Source: Acidobacteriota bacterium (lineage in GTDB: Bacteria; Acidobacteriota; Terriglobia; Terriglobales; Acidobacteriaceae). Taken from it: 38,866 nt of DNA. The stretch lies in the NCBI GenBank assembly GCA_003224835.1, contig QHZX01000350.1, forward strand, positions 1 to 38,866. Reading direction: 5' to 3'. The position numbers and the translations under genes are program-made. Position 1 is the first letter of the stretch; each line of letters opens with the position of its first letter. The notes beneath the pieces are model-generated. The model saw only the letters and a program-made list of their open reading frames with translations. It did no database searches and was not told where the DNA came from. Shown here piece by piece: positions 10,313-18,981 of this stretch.

Positions 10313-10447
10313 ACCTCTGATTATACAGCCGGAAACCGCGGGCTAGATCGCCCGGTTAGCCCTCAGTTCCTTAGACGCGGGAGTACGCGAAAGTGTTGTT
10401 GAGTTCCACGCCATGGCTATAAAGAAGTGTGATTCTCGATTTGCGCG

Positions 10448-11098
10448 TCACTGATCGGTAAGTGCAATGTAGTTAAAACCGCCGCCTGTCGCGTCAAGCG
10501 CGATTACCGTTTGGAATTGGCTTTGGGTCAAAGCCAATGCTCCGGTGTCCAACAAAAGATTGGTAGTGCCAGGTGAAGTCATAAAGACCTCATAGCCACC
10601 CCCACCTGTTGGGACTGACTCGTATTCCGTATTTTTATCAAATGAAAGGCTCGTGGCCACTGGTGTGGCGCCTGCAAGGCCAGTTCCGGCGTTGACGATG
10701 TAAACGTCGGCCGGACCCATTGTGATCGAGGCGTTGACCACCCGCACTTTGCCAGTTCCCGTAGTCGTCGTTGTAGTCTTTGAGCCGTCGGTGAGCAGAA
10801 CCTCTTGAATTTTCGATGCGGGGCCAGTCAGCAGAAGCGTCAGATTGGCGCTGGCGGTCAGTGAAATCGTCTGATCAAAAATTGAAGTCGAATTGCTTAT
10901 ATAAACGAGCGACGTGGCAACCTGCACTCCGTCTATCAGAATGTCCACTGCGGGCGCGTCAGGCGAGGCCATTACAACACGCAACTGCTGCGTCGTTTGG
11001 CTGCCGCCGCCCCCGCCGCCACATCCGATCGTCAACCCAGTCCAAAGACACAGTGCAATCAGCCCCACACGTCTGCCCACGCTTCTCCTCCAGTGCAA
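10448..11098 (-). CDS. DUF4397-domain lipoprotein
   Basis: Signal peptide with lipobox-like LTIGC followed by a Gly run. LRVVMASPDAPAVDILIDGVQV matches the DUF4397 signature as I remember it. Confidence 0.6.
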   Translation of the reverse strand: MHWRRSVGRRVGLIALCLWTGLTIGCGGGGGGSQTTQQLRVVMASPDAPAVDILIDGVQVATSLVYISNSTSIFDQTISLTASANLTLLLTGPASKIQEVLLTDGSKTTTTTTGTGKVRVVNASITMGPADVYIVNAGTGLAGATPVATSLSFDKNTEYESVPTGGGGYEVFMTSPGTTNLLLDTGALALTQSQFQTVIALDATGGGFNYIALTDQ

Positions 11099-11205
11099 GT
11101 TGTTGTTTATCAGAAATTAAGAGATTCTGGAAATAGGATGCGGCCAGGACGCACGAACGATGCGCTGCAAGCGCCGATTCTCGCTGACTGGATCTCGGCG
11201 CGAGT

Positions 11206-12546
11206 TCAATGTCCAGACAATGTGAAATTTACTGTTACCTGGGTCTCGACCTCCACAGGAGTTCTATTCATCACATATGGCCTGTATTTCCATTGCTTCA
11301 CTGCGTCCATTGCAGCTGGCGCGAGAAGAGGATCTCCGGAGACCAGGCGCTCGCTCTGAACATTTCCGTCCCTGCCGATAATGACCGCAATCACTACGGA
11401 ACCCTGGACCCGTGCGGCTTTCGCGTCCGGAGGATAGATTGGCTGGGTTTTGGAAACCACCATGCCCTGCACCACGCCTTGCGAGACTCGCACGCGCGTC
11501 GGCCGAGACCCTTGAGGCGCACCTCCACTGGGTTGTGGGTTTGTATTCGATAGCGATTGCGTATCGATTTGCGGGGCCGAAATCGTTGCGCCGCCAGCCG
11601 TGGCGGCAGCGAACCCGGTTGCTCTTGCTCCCTCGGATCTTTCTACCGCAACTACTTCTCCGCCGCTCAGGCACGTAGTCGCTTTACCGTCAGAAGCCGC
11701 CCGCATTGCCCCGCTCTCGTCAGAACAGAAGGCGCGCAGGCCGGAATCCGCCGTCTCCGGCTCAGCAACAACTTTGTACTGATTTCCATCACAGCCGGAG
11801 ATTACATAAACATACCCCGCATGTTTGCCGGTGGGCAGGTCCGTGAAGGGTCCGTTGAAGGCGGCACCTTTATTATTTCCCTGGCCTCTGCCCATCAGCC
11901 CCGAAAGGCTGCATGCATATGTGCCATTCGAAGAATGATGAGTGTTCTGCGCTGCAGTGATCATTTGCAACGCCATCTGCGCGCCTTCCTCATTCTGTTT
12001 GCCGTTCTGTTTTTCGATACTTTTCAGAAAATCGGGATCTTCCAGCGGCACCCGGACCTGGACACTGATTTCACTCAGTCTCCATACATCGGCTTCTGTC
12101 TTCATCACAAATGTGAAGTGCGGAATAAAAGGCAAGATCTGTTCCGTCCCACCCTTTGTCATATGCAACGTGACCTCGATCTGGTCCTCATCTCCAGAGA
12201 GGTTGTCAGACTCGATGGTAATTTCTGTTTTTTCGTTCTGCTCAACCTCTTCCGCTTGCAGCAGTGTCGGCCCTGTGTCAAACGTTTCGAATTTGGGGCC
12301 GCCCGCTTTGGCCATGTTTGCGAACGCTGAGAATTCATCGAGCATGCTCATTCCGCCCGTACCGCTCATTTTTTTAAAGGCGTTTCGGGTTGCATCCGAC
12401 AAATGTTTTTCCAGGTGATTGGGCGCGGTACCGAAAAACATTTCAATCAATGCCTGCCTGGCAGTTTGCGGAGCCGGCGGCGTTTGGGCTGGAACAAAAG
12501 AAGACAGCAGCAGCAGGGGAAGAAGCCATGCAAAAAGGCGGTGCAT
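11206..12546 (-). CDS. Secreted multidomain protein with C-terminal TonB-C domain
   Basis: C-terminus RVSQGVVQGMVVSKTQPIYPPDAKAARVQGSVVIAVIIGRDGNVQSERLVSGDPLLAPAAMDAVKQWKYRPY is a TonB_C fold signature. The ATG at 12546 (MHRLFAWLLPLLLLSSFVPAQ) gives a cleavable signal peptide. The ORF is open up to 12579. Confidence 0.75.
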   Translation of the reverse strand: MHRLFAWLLPLLLLSSFVPAQTPPAPQTARQALIEMFFGTAPNHLEKHLSDATRNAFKKMSGTGGMSMLDEFSAFANMAKAGGPKFETFDTGPTLLQAEEVEQNEKTEITIESDNLSGDEDQIEVTLHMTKGGTEQILPFIPHFTFVMKTEADVWRLSEISVQVRVPLEDPDFLKSIEKQNGKQNEEGAQMALQMITAAQNTHHSSNGTYACSLSGLMGRGQGNNKGAAFNGPFTDLPTGKHAGYVYVISGCDGNQYKVVAEPETADSGLRAFCSDESGAMRAASDGKATTCLSGGEVVAVERSEGARATGFAAATAGGATISAPQIDTQSLSNTNPQPSGGAPQGSRPTRVRVSQGVVQGMVVSKTQPIYPPDAKAARVQGSVVIAVIIGRDGNVQSERLVSGDPLLAPAAMDAVKQWKYRPYVMNRTPVEVETQVTVNFTLSGH

Positions 12547-12975
12547 TGGACCTCCGAACACGAAAAGTGCCGCTAGCATAACAGAGTTACTTCAGCGCGA
12601 CTCATCCCTACAGACACCGACGCGGGACGTCGGTGGCCGAGCTGGTTCACCGAATGTGCAAACTTCTGCACTTCAGCCCGATTGGCACGGTTCGTATCGT
12701 GTAACTTGGCTTTGTCCCTTAAATCCTTGCTGCACAGAGCTTTTCTCGTCCTAACGGCTGTACCCGGCCAGCAGCGGGGCTTTGGCCGCGAAGGTGCAAT
12801 TTTAGAAAGTACGAAAAGAGGCTGCCAGAGTCCATGATTTCGATCCTCTTCTTTGAAAGCTCTCGACCCGACCTTATGCCGTCCGCTCACGGTCTCTCGC
12901 GTGTTTATTCTCGGCGCGCTGGATAGAGCGAAAACGGTGCCATAGCTGTGTTTGCCCCTCCAATGGCCTCTTTAT

Positions 12976-13007
12976 AAAGTGGCTCCAGAAATGGAGCCAC
13001 TTTTTTT
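12976..13007 (+). terminator. Rho-independent terminator (plus-strand orientation)
   Basis: aaaGTGGCTCCAgaaaTGGAGCCACttttttt: a perfect 9-bp GC-rich stem (12979-12987 pairs with 12992-13000), a GAAA tetraloop and a 7-T run at 13001-13007. It lies about 100 nt upstream of the M28 peptidase start, inside an ORF-poor divergent spacer. Confidence 0.7.
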
Positions 13008-13108
13008 GCTCGAATATCTCTCGGTCGCCAGGTTTGTTAATGAGCCAAGGAAAACGGTGTCCCTGATGTTAACTTAGAAAGAACTGCTGAGCTGATTCGA
13101 AAGGTGAA

Positions 13109-14560
13109 ATGCGCCGCATAACATCTGCATGTCTGCTCCTGGTTCTTATTCCGTTTCTATATGCCCAGACCCCAACCCCACCGTGGGCCACTCCGCCGCG
13201 GGAAGCCGAGTCCGCTACGCGCGCCTTTCCACCGCAGTTAAGAAGTGAATTGGCGAAGATCCGCGACGCGGCACTTTCGGATGATTACGCTTACGAGCAA
13301 CTCGAACACTTGACCGACAGCATTGGGCCGAGACCGCAAGGCTCACCTCAGGCCGATGCTGCCGCGCGTTACGTTGCCGAAGAATTACGAAAACTTGGAC
13401 TCGACGTTCATCTCGAGCCGGTGCCGGTCCACCACTTCGAACGCGGAATCGATGCGGCTGAGCTGCTCGAGTATCCGGGGCAGGTAGAGGGCACAAAGCA
13501 AAAAATATATGTCACCGCTCTGCGCGGGAACTCTCCGACGCCGGACGCGGGCGTTACAGCCGAGGTCATCATTGTAAACAGCTTCGACGAGTTGAAGCAG
13601 CTGGGCAGAAACAAAGTCGCAGGCAAAATTGTTTTGTTCAATGTTGCGTATGATCACCAAAAAGCCGACGCCGGCCAGGCTGGGGCAGCTTACGGTGAGG
13701 TTGTGCGATATCGAAGCGCTGGCCCTTCGGAGGCCTCGCAGTTGGGCGCTGTAGGTTCGCTGGTTCGTTCAGCCGGCGATGGAGCATACCGCCTTCCGCA
13801 CACCGGATCGAGCGTTGACGCTCCGATTCCCGCGGGCGCCATCAGCGCAGAGGACGCAGAATTGATCGCGCGCCTGGCTTCGCGCGGTCGAGTACGCATC
13901 CATCTGACGCTCACGACGAAGGTCGGCCCCGAGGCGCAAGAGTACAACGTTGTAGCGGATTTGAAGGGCAGCGAACATCCCGAGCAAGTCGTAATCGTAT
14001 CCGGGCACCTCGATTCTTGGGATCTCGGCACTGGCGCGATCGACGATGGCGCTGGTGTTGTTGTCGCGATGGAGAGCGCGGAGATTATTCACAAACTCAA
14101 CTTGCATCCCAAACGGACGTTGCGCGTCATTGCATGGATGAATGAAGAAATGGGCGAGACCGGCGCATTGACCTATGCGAAGGACAACGCCATTGACATC
14201 GCGAACCACATTGCCGCTATCGAGAGCGACTTGGGCGCTGAGCATCCGTTGGGCTTCCATGCGAAAGTCAGCGAAGGCGCGACGAAGCAACTTTCACCCG
14301 TTCTCGATGTGCTCAGACCGTTTGGGGCCAATCTGTTCCAAACCGTGCCGCAGTCGCCCGAAACTGATATTGGCCCGCTTGCCGAAAAAGGCGTGCCGGC
14401 GTTCGGCATCTGGCAGAACGGTGTGAAATATTTCACCTATCACCACACTGCAGCCGACACTCTGGATAAAATCGTTCCGCGGGAACTGAGAGAAAACGCA
14501 GCCTGCATGGCCGTAATGGGTTATGCCCTGGCGGACATGTCCGAACCGCTTGAACGATAG
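13109..14560 (+). CDS. Secreted M28-family metallopeptidase (aminopeptidase/carboxypeptidase Q-like) with PA domain
   Basis: Signal peptide MRRITSACLLLVLIPFLYAQ. M28 zinc-ligand contexts SGHLDSWDLGTGAIDDGAGV and WMNEEMGETG, plus a late HH(T). A PA-like insert lies in the middle (KIVLFNVAY...). Confidence 0.85.
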   Translation: MRRITSACLLLVLIPFLYAQTPTPPWATPPREAESATRAFPPQLRSELAKIRDAALSDDYAYEQLEHLTDSIGPRPQGSPQADAAARYVAEELRKLGLDVHLEPVPVHHFERGIDAAELLEYPGQVEGTKQKIYVTALRGNSPTPDAGVTAEVIIVNSFDELKQLGRNKVAGKIVLFNVAYDHQKADAGQAGAAYGEVVRYRSAGPSEASQLGAVGSLVRSAGDGAYRLPHTGSSVDAPIPAGAISAEDAELIARLASRGRVRIHLTLTTKVGPEAQEYNVVADLKGSEHPEQVVIVSGHLDSWDLGTGAIDDGAGVVVAMESAEIIHKLNLHPKRTLRVIAWMNEEMGETGALTYAKDNAIDIANHIAAIESDLGAEHPLGFHAKVSEGATKQLSPVLDVLRPFGANLFQTVPQSPETDIGPLAEKGVPAFGIWQNGVKYFTYHHTAADTLDKIVPRELRENAACMAVMGYALADMSEPLER

Positions 14561-14646
14561 TGCCGCGTTTTCGCGAGAACTTTCGGGTTAAGAACCAGCT
14601 ACAACCTCTATGCCTTCCAGCGGTCGTATGTTGTAATGCCAGAAAC

Positions 14647-15519
14647 ATGAACGCCGCCGCCATTCTCGGGCCCGGGAATGTTGCCAAACCACTTGCGTCA
14701 TTCCAGCGCGCGGCACACACTCAATGGACCTCACTGATTGAGCAAGCCGATGCCATCGTGATTTTTGGCGGCGACGGCACCATTCATCACCATCTCCGCA
14801 CGGTCGTTGAATTGGGCGTTCCCTTGATGGTTGTGCCATGCGGCAGCGGGAACGATTTCGCGCGTGCCCTGGGATTGCAAAGTCCGCATGATTCGCTCGC
14901 AGCCTGGCAGAAATTCGCTTCCGGTGGCGGCAATGTCCGTACGATTGATCTCGGCGTAATTCAGCCGTTCCCGCAGACCGACCCGGCTTCGTTTGACTCC
15001 TTCAACGCCCAACAGCATTATTTTTGTTGTGCTGCCGGAGTGGGGTTGGACGCGAAGATTGCCCGGCGTGCTAATGCGCTTCCCCGATGGATTCGTGCGC
15101 ACGGGGGATACGGCATTTCAGCCCCTCGCGAACTCCTGAGTTTCCAATCTTTTCCCATGAGGATTTGCTCCAACGGCAGCGGCCCAGGCCAGTTTCGCCC
15201 GACCTTAGTTGCAGCCGTCGCCAATACTTCAACCTACGGCGGGGGGATGAAAATCGCCCCCCAAGCCCGACTCGATGATGGCAAGTTGGATTTTTGCATC
15301 GTGCGCGACATGAATAAGTTCGAACGATTTTTGTTGTTCCCGACGGTCTATTTCGGGCGCCATCTTATCTCGCAAAAAGTTGAATATGAGCAGAGCGATC
15401 ACATCAGCATCGAAACTGAATCTCCGTTTGATGTCTACGCTGACGGTGAATATGTTTGCCAGACTCCGGTTACTTTTCGAGTCGCGCGCCATGCCTTACA
15501 GGTAATCGTCCCGGAGTAG
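14647..15519 (+). CDS. Diacylglycerol-kinase-family lipid kinase (YegS/BmrU-like)
   Basis: DAGK catalytic motifs IVIFGGDGTIHH and VVPCGSGNDFARALG. The ORF opens with a GTG at 14560 overlapping the peptidase stop. The ATG at 14647 (MNAAAILGPG) gives a typical length. Confidence 0.8.
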   Translation: MNAAAILGPGNVAKPLASFQRAAHTQWTSLIEQADAIVIFGGDGTIHHHLRTVVELGVPLMVVPCGSGNDFARALGLQSPHDSLAAWQKFASGGGNVRTIDLGVIQPFPQTDPASFDSFNAQQHYFCCAAGVGLDAKIARRANALPRWIRAHGGYGISAPRELLSFQSFPMRICSNGSGPGQFRPTLVAAVANTSTYGGGMKIAPQARLDDGKLDFCIVRDMNKFERFLLFPTVYFGRHLISQKVEYEQSDHISIETESPFDVYADGEYVCQTPVTFRVARHALQVIVPE

Positions 15520-15557
15520 ACACGTACTGACTGCTAGGGTGCTAAACTACAAACTTT

Positions 15558-16472
15558 ATGTCGGAAAACGGACGCTCGCGGGTTTGGGTGTGGGTGCTGA
15601 TTGGGGGAGGAGCCTTCTTCCTCTTTGTCCTAGCCGTATTCACCTTGGTTTTCATTGCACTGCACGCCAGCGGGCGTCAGGCTGGGATTCACGCTTTCGG
15701 CGACAAAATCGGCGTGGTCGATCTCGACGGGGTGATCGTTGATCCCAGCGAAGTTGTGGAAGATGTCCGCCGGTTCGCTAATGATGACTCGATCAAGGCC
15801 ATCATCATCCATGTGAATTCGCCGGGCGGCGGAGTCGCCGCCTCGGAAGAAATTTACCGGGAGGTTAAACGGGTCCGCGACGAAAAGCACAAACGTATTG
15901 TGGCTTCCATCCAGACCGTTGGCGCTAGTGGCGCATACTACGTTTCTTCCGCAACCAACAAAATTTATGCAGACAGCGGCAGCGTCGTCGGTTCGATCGG
16001 TGTCATCGCCGAGTGGGTGAATTACGGTGACCTGATGCGCTGGGCAAAGCTGAAGCCGGAACTTCTGAAAGTTGGCCAATTCAAAGATACCGGGGATCCT
16101 ACCCGCGAGCTGACTCCGGCTGAGCGGCAATACATGCAAGGTCTTATCGACAACATGTATGTCCAATTTGTGCAAGCAGTTGCTGATGGCCGTCATGCTA
16201 AGGCATCCGATATTAAGTCGATAGCGGATGGGCGCGTGTGGACCGGCCAGCAAGCGTTGAGCATTCACCTGATTGATCAGATTGGCGATTTTCGCCCCGC
16301 CATACTCGACACTGCCAAGTCCGTGAATATCAGCGGCGAACCAGTTCTGGTACACCCGGAGAGAGACCGCAAGTCCTTGCTGGACTTAGTGTTCGGCGAT
16401 GCGTCCCAGTGGCTGCCCACAAAGGAAAAGTTGCTGGAGCAGCACGTTGGGTTTTACTATCTGTGGAGATAG
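15558..16472 (+). CDS. sppA: Signal peptide peptidase SppA, 36K type (S49 family)
   Basis: N-terminal TM helix. Motifs VNSPGGGVAASEEIY, GASGAYYVSSA and SIGVIAEW are typical of the S49 ClpP/crotonase-fold peptidase. Confidence 0.88.
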   Translation: MSENGRSRVWVWVLIGGGAFFLFVLAVFTLVFIALHASGRQAGIHAFGDKIGVVDLDGVIVDPSEVVEDVRRFANDDSIKAIIIHVNSPGGGVAASEEIYREVKRVRDEKHKRIVASIQTVGASGAYYVSSATNKIYADSGSVVGSIGVIAEWVNYGDLMRWAKLKPELLKVGQFKDTGDPTRELTPAERQYMQGLIDNMYVQFVQAVADGRHAKASDIKSIADGRVWTGQQALSIHLIDQIGDFRPAILDTAKSVNISGEPVLVHPERDRKSLLDLVFGDASQWLPTKEKLLEQHVGFYYLWR

Positions 16473-16628
16473 GCAAACGGCGTCTCCATCTGCCTCTTGC
16501 CAACAAGCCCTGAAATTTGAGAAGGTTATCCGAACTGGTTTCCATTCGGATGCAGTTCTCCCTGTGGAGGCGAATGAGTTGGCCCTCCGGCTAACGTAAT
16601 GTCGAAGATATTGGAGAGCATATAAGCC

Positions 16629-16946
16629 ATGACAAAAGCGGATCTGATCGATGAAGTCTCGGGGCTGGTAGAGTTGACCCGTAAAGACAGCGAGGTAGTG
16701 GTCGAGACTATCTTTGACAGCATCGTGCGCTCATTGAGGGCGGGCGATAAGATCGAGATCCGCGGCTTCGGCAGTTTCCGTACTCGCCAGCGTAAGCCTC
16801 GCGTGGGACGCAATCCTAAGACGGGCGACCGCGTCGATGTTCCTGCCAAGAAGATCCCATTCTTCAAGCCAAGCAAGGAACTAAAAGACCTGGTGAATGG
16901 CGAAAGCAATTCTCCAGCGCCGGCAGCGTCCTCGCCCGCGATGTAA
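16629..16946 (+). CDS. HU/IHF-family DNA-binding protein (IHF beta-like)
   Basis: MTKADLIDEVS...IEIRGFGSFRTRQRKPRVGRNPKTGDRVDVPAKKIPFFKPSKELK is the canonical IHF/HU arm. Short Pro/Ala tail. Confidence 0.9.
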   Translation: MTKADLIDEVSGLVELTRKDSEVVVETIFDSIVRSLRAGDKIEIRGFGSFRTRQRKPRVGRNPKTGDRVDVPAKKIPFFKPSKELKDLVNGESNSPAPAASSPAM

Positions 16947-16989
16947 GGCTTTTAACGACTGGCTTCCTTATTATTTAGAATCCCGTTGG

Positions 16990-17247
16990 ATGTTCTCCCG
17001 CAAAGTTCACGTTGAATACGAGCTCGATGGCATGCGCTTGCCCTGTCCCCTGAAATGGCTCGACAATTTTTCAATGCGCAATTTCACGAATGCCAGCATT
17101 TTTGACGACACGCTTCCGGTTGGAGACGGCATTATAGAAATTGGGGAGCGCGTACCTCTCGATAAATTAAAAGCAGCAATGGAAGACTGGTTCCAGCGGA
17201 AGGGGTATTTGCCGAAAAGCGCCGGTTTGTGGCTGGAGCTGGAGTAG
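16990..17247 (+). CDS. Hypothetical protein (85 aa)
   Basis: The ORF opens at 16897 overlapping the IHF gene. The first ATG after the IHF stop is at 16990 (MFSRKVHVEYELDG...). No motif recognised; composition looks coding. Confidence 0.4.
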   Translation: MFSRKVHVEYELDGMRLPCPLKWLDNFSMRNFTNASIFDDTLPVGDGIIEIGERVPLDKLKAAMEDWFQRKGYLPKSAGLWLELE

Positions 17248-17278
17248 TCGCCAGCTTGGCATTGTCTGCGGAATCTAA

Positions 17279-17986
17279 CTACGTCCTTTGACGTAGCGGC
17301 GTCGATATCCGCTCGGCGTAAAACTGAGAGTCCAGCCACGTCTCTAATTTGCTCTGCAGGTCCGGCGGCACAGAATCGAAGTGCAAGCCGCTTTTACCAT
17401 GTCGGTCATCCCATATGACTCTTACAATCGCTCCGAAATTAACCCCACCGGGGAGCATGCAACTAGCGTTCAACCGCTCTCCAGGCGTCAGCGCAGTCGC
17501 TGTTTTTATCCCCATTCCGCTGCTGCTAATGTTCATACTTGTACATTGAACACGTTCTGAATCGCTCCTTGCTAGCAAAACCACTAACTCTACCGCACAC
17601 CGAAAATATCGTCTGCGCTCTCCCAGCATGAAGCCCTTGGCCGCGGCTAAGCCACGTCTAACCTGTGCGATGTCAATTGGGCGATGAAGAAGAAAGTTGG
17701 CGCCATATTGCGAAGCAGTTTTCTTGTGCGCATTGTCCGTTGCCACGGCAAAAATGACTGCGCTCCTGTTTGAACGACTGCTCCGCACCACACCAAGGAC
17801 CTGAGAGGGTTCTGAAACCGTGTCGAAATCGAGAACGACGGTATCGTACTTTGAACGGCTGACTTCGTTCAACGCCAGTTCTGCGTCTCCGATGATTTGA
17901 GCTTCCATGCCAATTTCAGTCGAGGCTTTTCCGAACAAGGAACTCAACCATTGATCAGCGGTTACTACAAGCGCCTGCATTTGCAT
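17279..17986 (-). CDS. Receiver-like domain fused to PilZ domain (putative c-di-GMP receptor)
   Basis: The N-terminal half has CheY-like topology (ALVVTAD, TVVLDFD, IFAVAT, GANFLLHRP). The C-terminal half has both PilZ signatures: RRRYFR (RxxxR) and NISSSGMG (D/NxSxxG). Confidence 0.8.
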   Translation of the reverse strand: MQMQALVVTADQWLSSLFGKASTEIGMEAQIIGDAELALNEVSRSKYDTVVLDFDTVSEPSQVLGVVRSSRSNRSAVIFAVATDNAHKKTASQYGANFLLHRPIDIAQVRRGLAAAKGFMLGERRRYFRCAVELVVLLARSDSERVQCTSMNISSSGMGIKTATALTPGERLNASCMLPGGVNFGAIVRVIWDDRHGKSGLHFDSVPPDLQSKLETWLDSQFYAERISTPLRQRT

Positions 17987-18017
17987 CAGCCATCACCATG
18001 GGTTAATCAAAAGTACT

Positions 18018-18815
18018 TTATCCGGCACCAGCAGCGCTCCCTTTGGCTCGTGAACGCGCCCCAGTAAAGTCGGCCATCCGGCCTTTCAGCCGCATCACTG
18101 CTACTGAGTGAATCTGTGATACACGAGACTCACCCACTCCTATCGCAATGCCGATCTCCTTCATGGTAAGTTCCTCAAAGTAGTAGAGTCTCACCACCAT
18201 GCTTTCCTTCTGTGGAAGTTCGGAAATTGCCTGCTCTAACAAACCCCTCGTCTCCGATTCCAGACAGTGCAGCAACGGGTCATCACCGTTATGGCTTGAA
18301 AGCTGTTCGGTCATATCCACCTCCGCCCCGCCGTCCGGCGAGATAAACCGCAGACTGGAGATTTCAAGCGCGTTTATGTCGCGAAGCAGTCTGTGCATCT
18401 CTGGGAGCGTGATTCGTAGTTCAAGGGCTAATTCGGGTTCGGTGGGGTGCCGACCGAGTGCAGCCTGTAATTTGTTATGCGCCTCTTCAATTCGGCGTGA
18501 TTGACGCCGTAGGTCGCGCGGGCTCCAGTCAAGCTCACGCAGGCTGTCGAGGATCGCGCCACGAATCCGAAACTTCGCGTAAGACCCGAACTGTACGTGT
18601 TTGCTACTGTCAAATTTTCGGAACGCGTCCATCAGCCCCACGACTCCGGCATTGACCAGGTCTTCTATTGGAATATGCCGTGGCAACCTGTCGTGAATCC
18701 GCCGCGCCTGGTACTGCACAAGCGGCAAATGCTCGGTGAGTAGATTTTGCCGCTCCTCTTCGTTCGCTGCGGTGCAATCGCCGTTTGGTGATTGAGGAGG
18801 TCGACGGGTCGACAT
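18018..18815 (-). CDS. Group-3 alternative sigma factor, FliA/WhiG (sigma-28) family
   Basis: DLVNAGVVGLMDAFRKFDSSKHVQFGSYAKFRIRGAILDSLRELDWSPRDLRR (regions 2.x, FliA-type DW.PR), region 3 (LGRHPTEPELALEL) and the region 4.2 helix-turn-helix (LTMKEIGIAIGVGESRVSQIHSVAVMRLK). ATG at 18815; an in-frame TTG at 18839 is an alternative start. Confidence 0.8.
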   Translation of the reverse strand: MSTRRPPQSPNGDCTAANEEERQNLLTEHLPLVQYQARRIHDRLPRHIPIEDLVNAGVVGLMDAFRKFDSSKHVQFGSYAKFRIRGAILDSLRELDWSPRDLRRQSRRIEEAHNKLQAALGRHPTEPELALELRITLPEMHRLLRDINALEISSLRFISPDGGAEVDMTEQLSSHNGDDPLLHCLESETRGLLEQAISELPQKESMVVRLYYFEELTMKEIGIAIGVGESRVSQIHSVAVMRLKGRMADFTGARSRAKGSAAGAG

Positions 18816-18981
18816 ACATCTCGATTCAACCCTCGACAAATAAGAAAACGATTAAAAGAGAGTTAAGAGATTTTGTTCGAGCCGAAATATTTCCTATTAG
18901 GGGAATGTGCGCGAGGGAAGTCCGGAATCGGCAATCAATACGTACTTGAAAAAGGATGGATGGTGGGAAATTTCTGCCGTG

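Noticed and set aside
11557-12330. Long antisense ORFs opposite confidently assigned genes. Examples: 11557-12330 (+) opposite the TonB-C gene, 15630-16355 (-) opposite sppA, 22276-23007 (+) opposite the metallopeptidase, 4734-5270 (-) opposite ALDH, 13769-14290 (-) opposite the M28 peptidase, and 32045-32554 and 32585-33145 (-) opposite the deacetylase-like gene.
   Set aside because: The translations are Arg/Ser/Cys-rich with no motifs, as expected for shadow frames in GC-rich DNA. The opposite strand carries clear family signatures in every case.
12631-12710. tRNA-like fragments: GGCCGAGCTGGTT resembles a class II D-arm, and GGTTCGTATC resembles a T-loop.
   Set aside because: No cloverleaf can be folded. 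The T stem would enclose an 8-nt loop. No 7-bp acceptor pairing exists, because the complement of AACTTGG is not found upstream. No plausible anticodon arm exists either.
12573-12890. 105-aa minus-strand ORF in the TonB-C / M28 spacer.
   Set aside because: The composition is arbitrary and basic (MSGRHKVGSRAFKEEDRNHG...) and no RBS or motif was seen. It overlaps hairpin-rich sequence better explained as non-coding.
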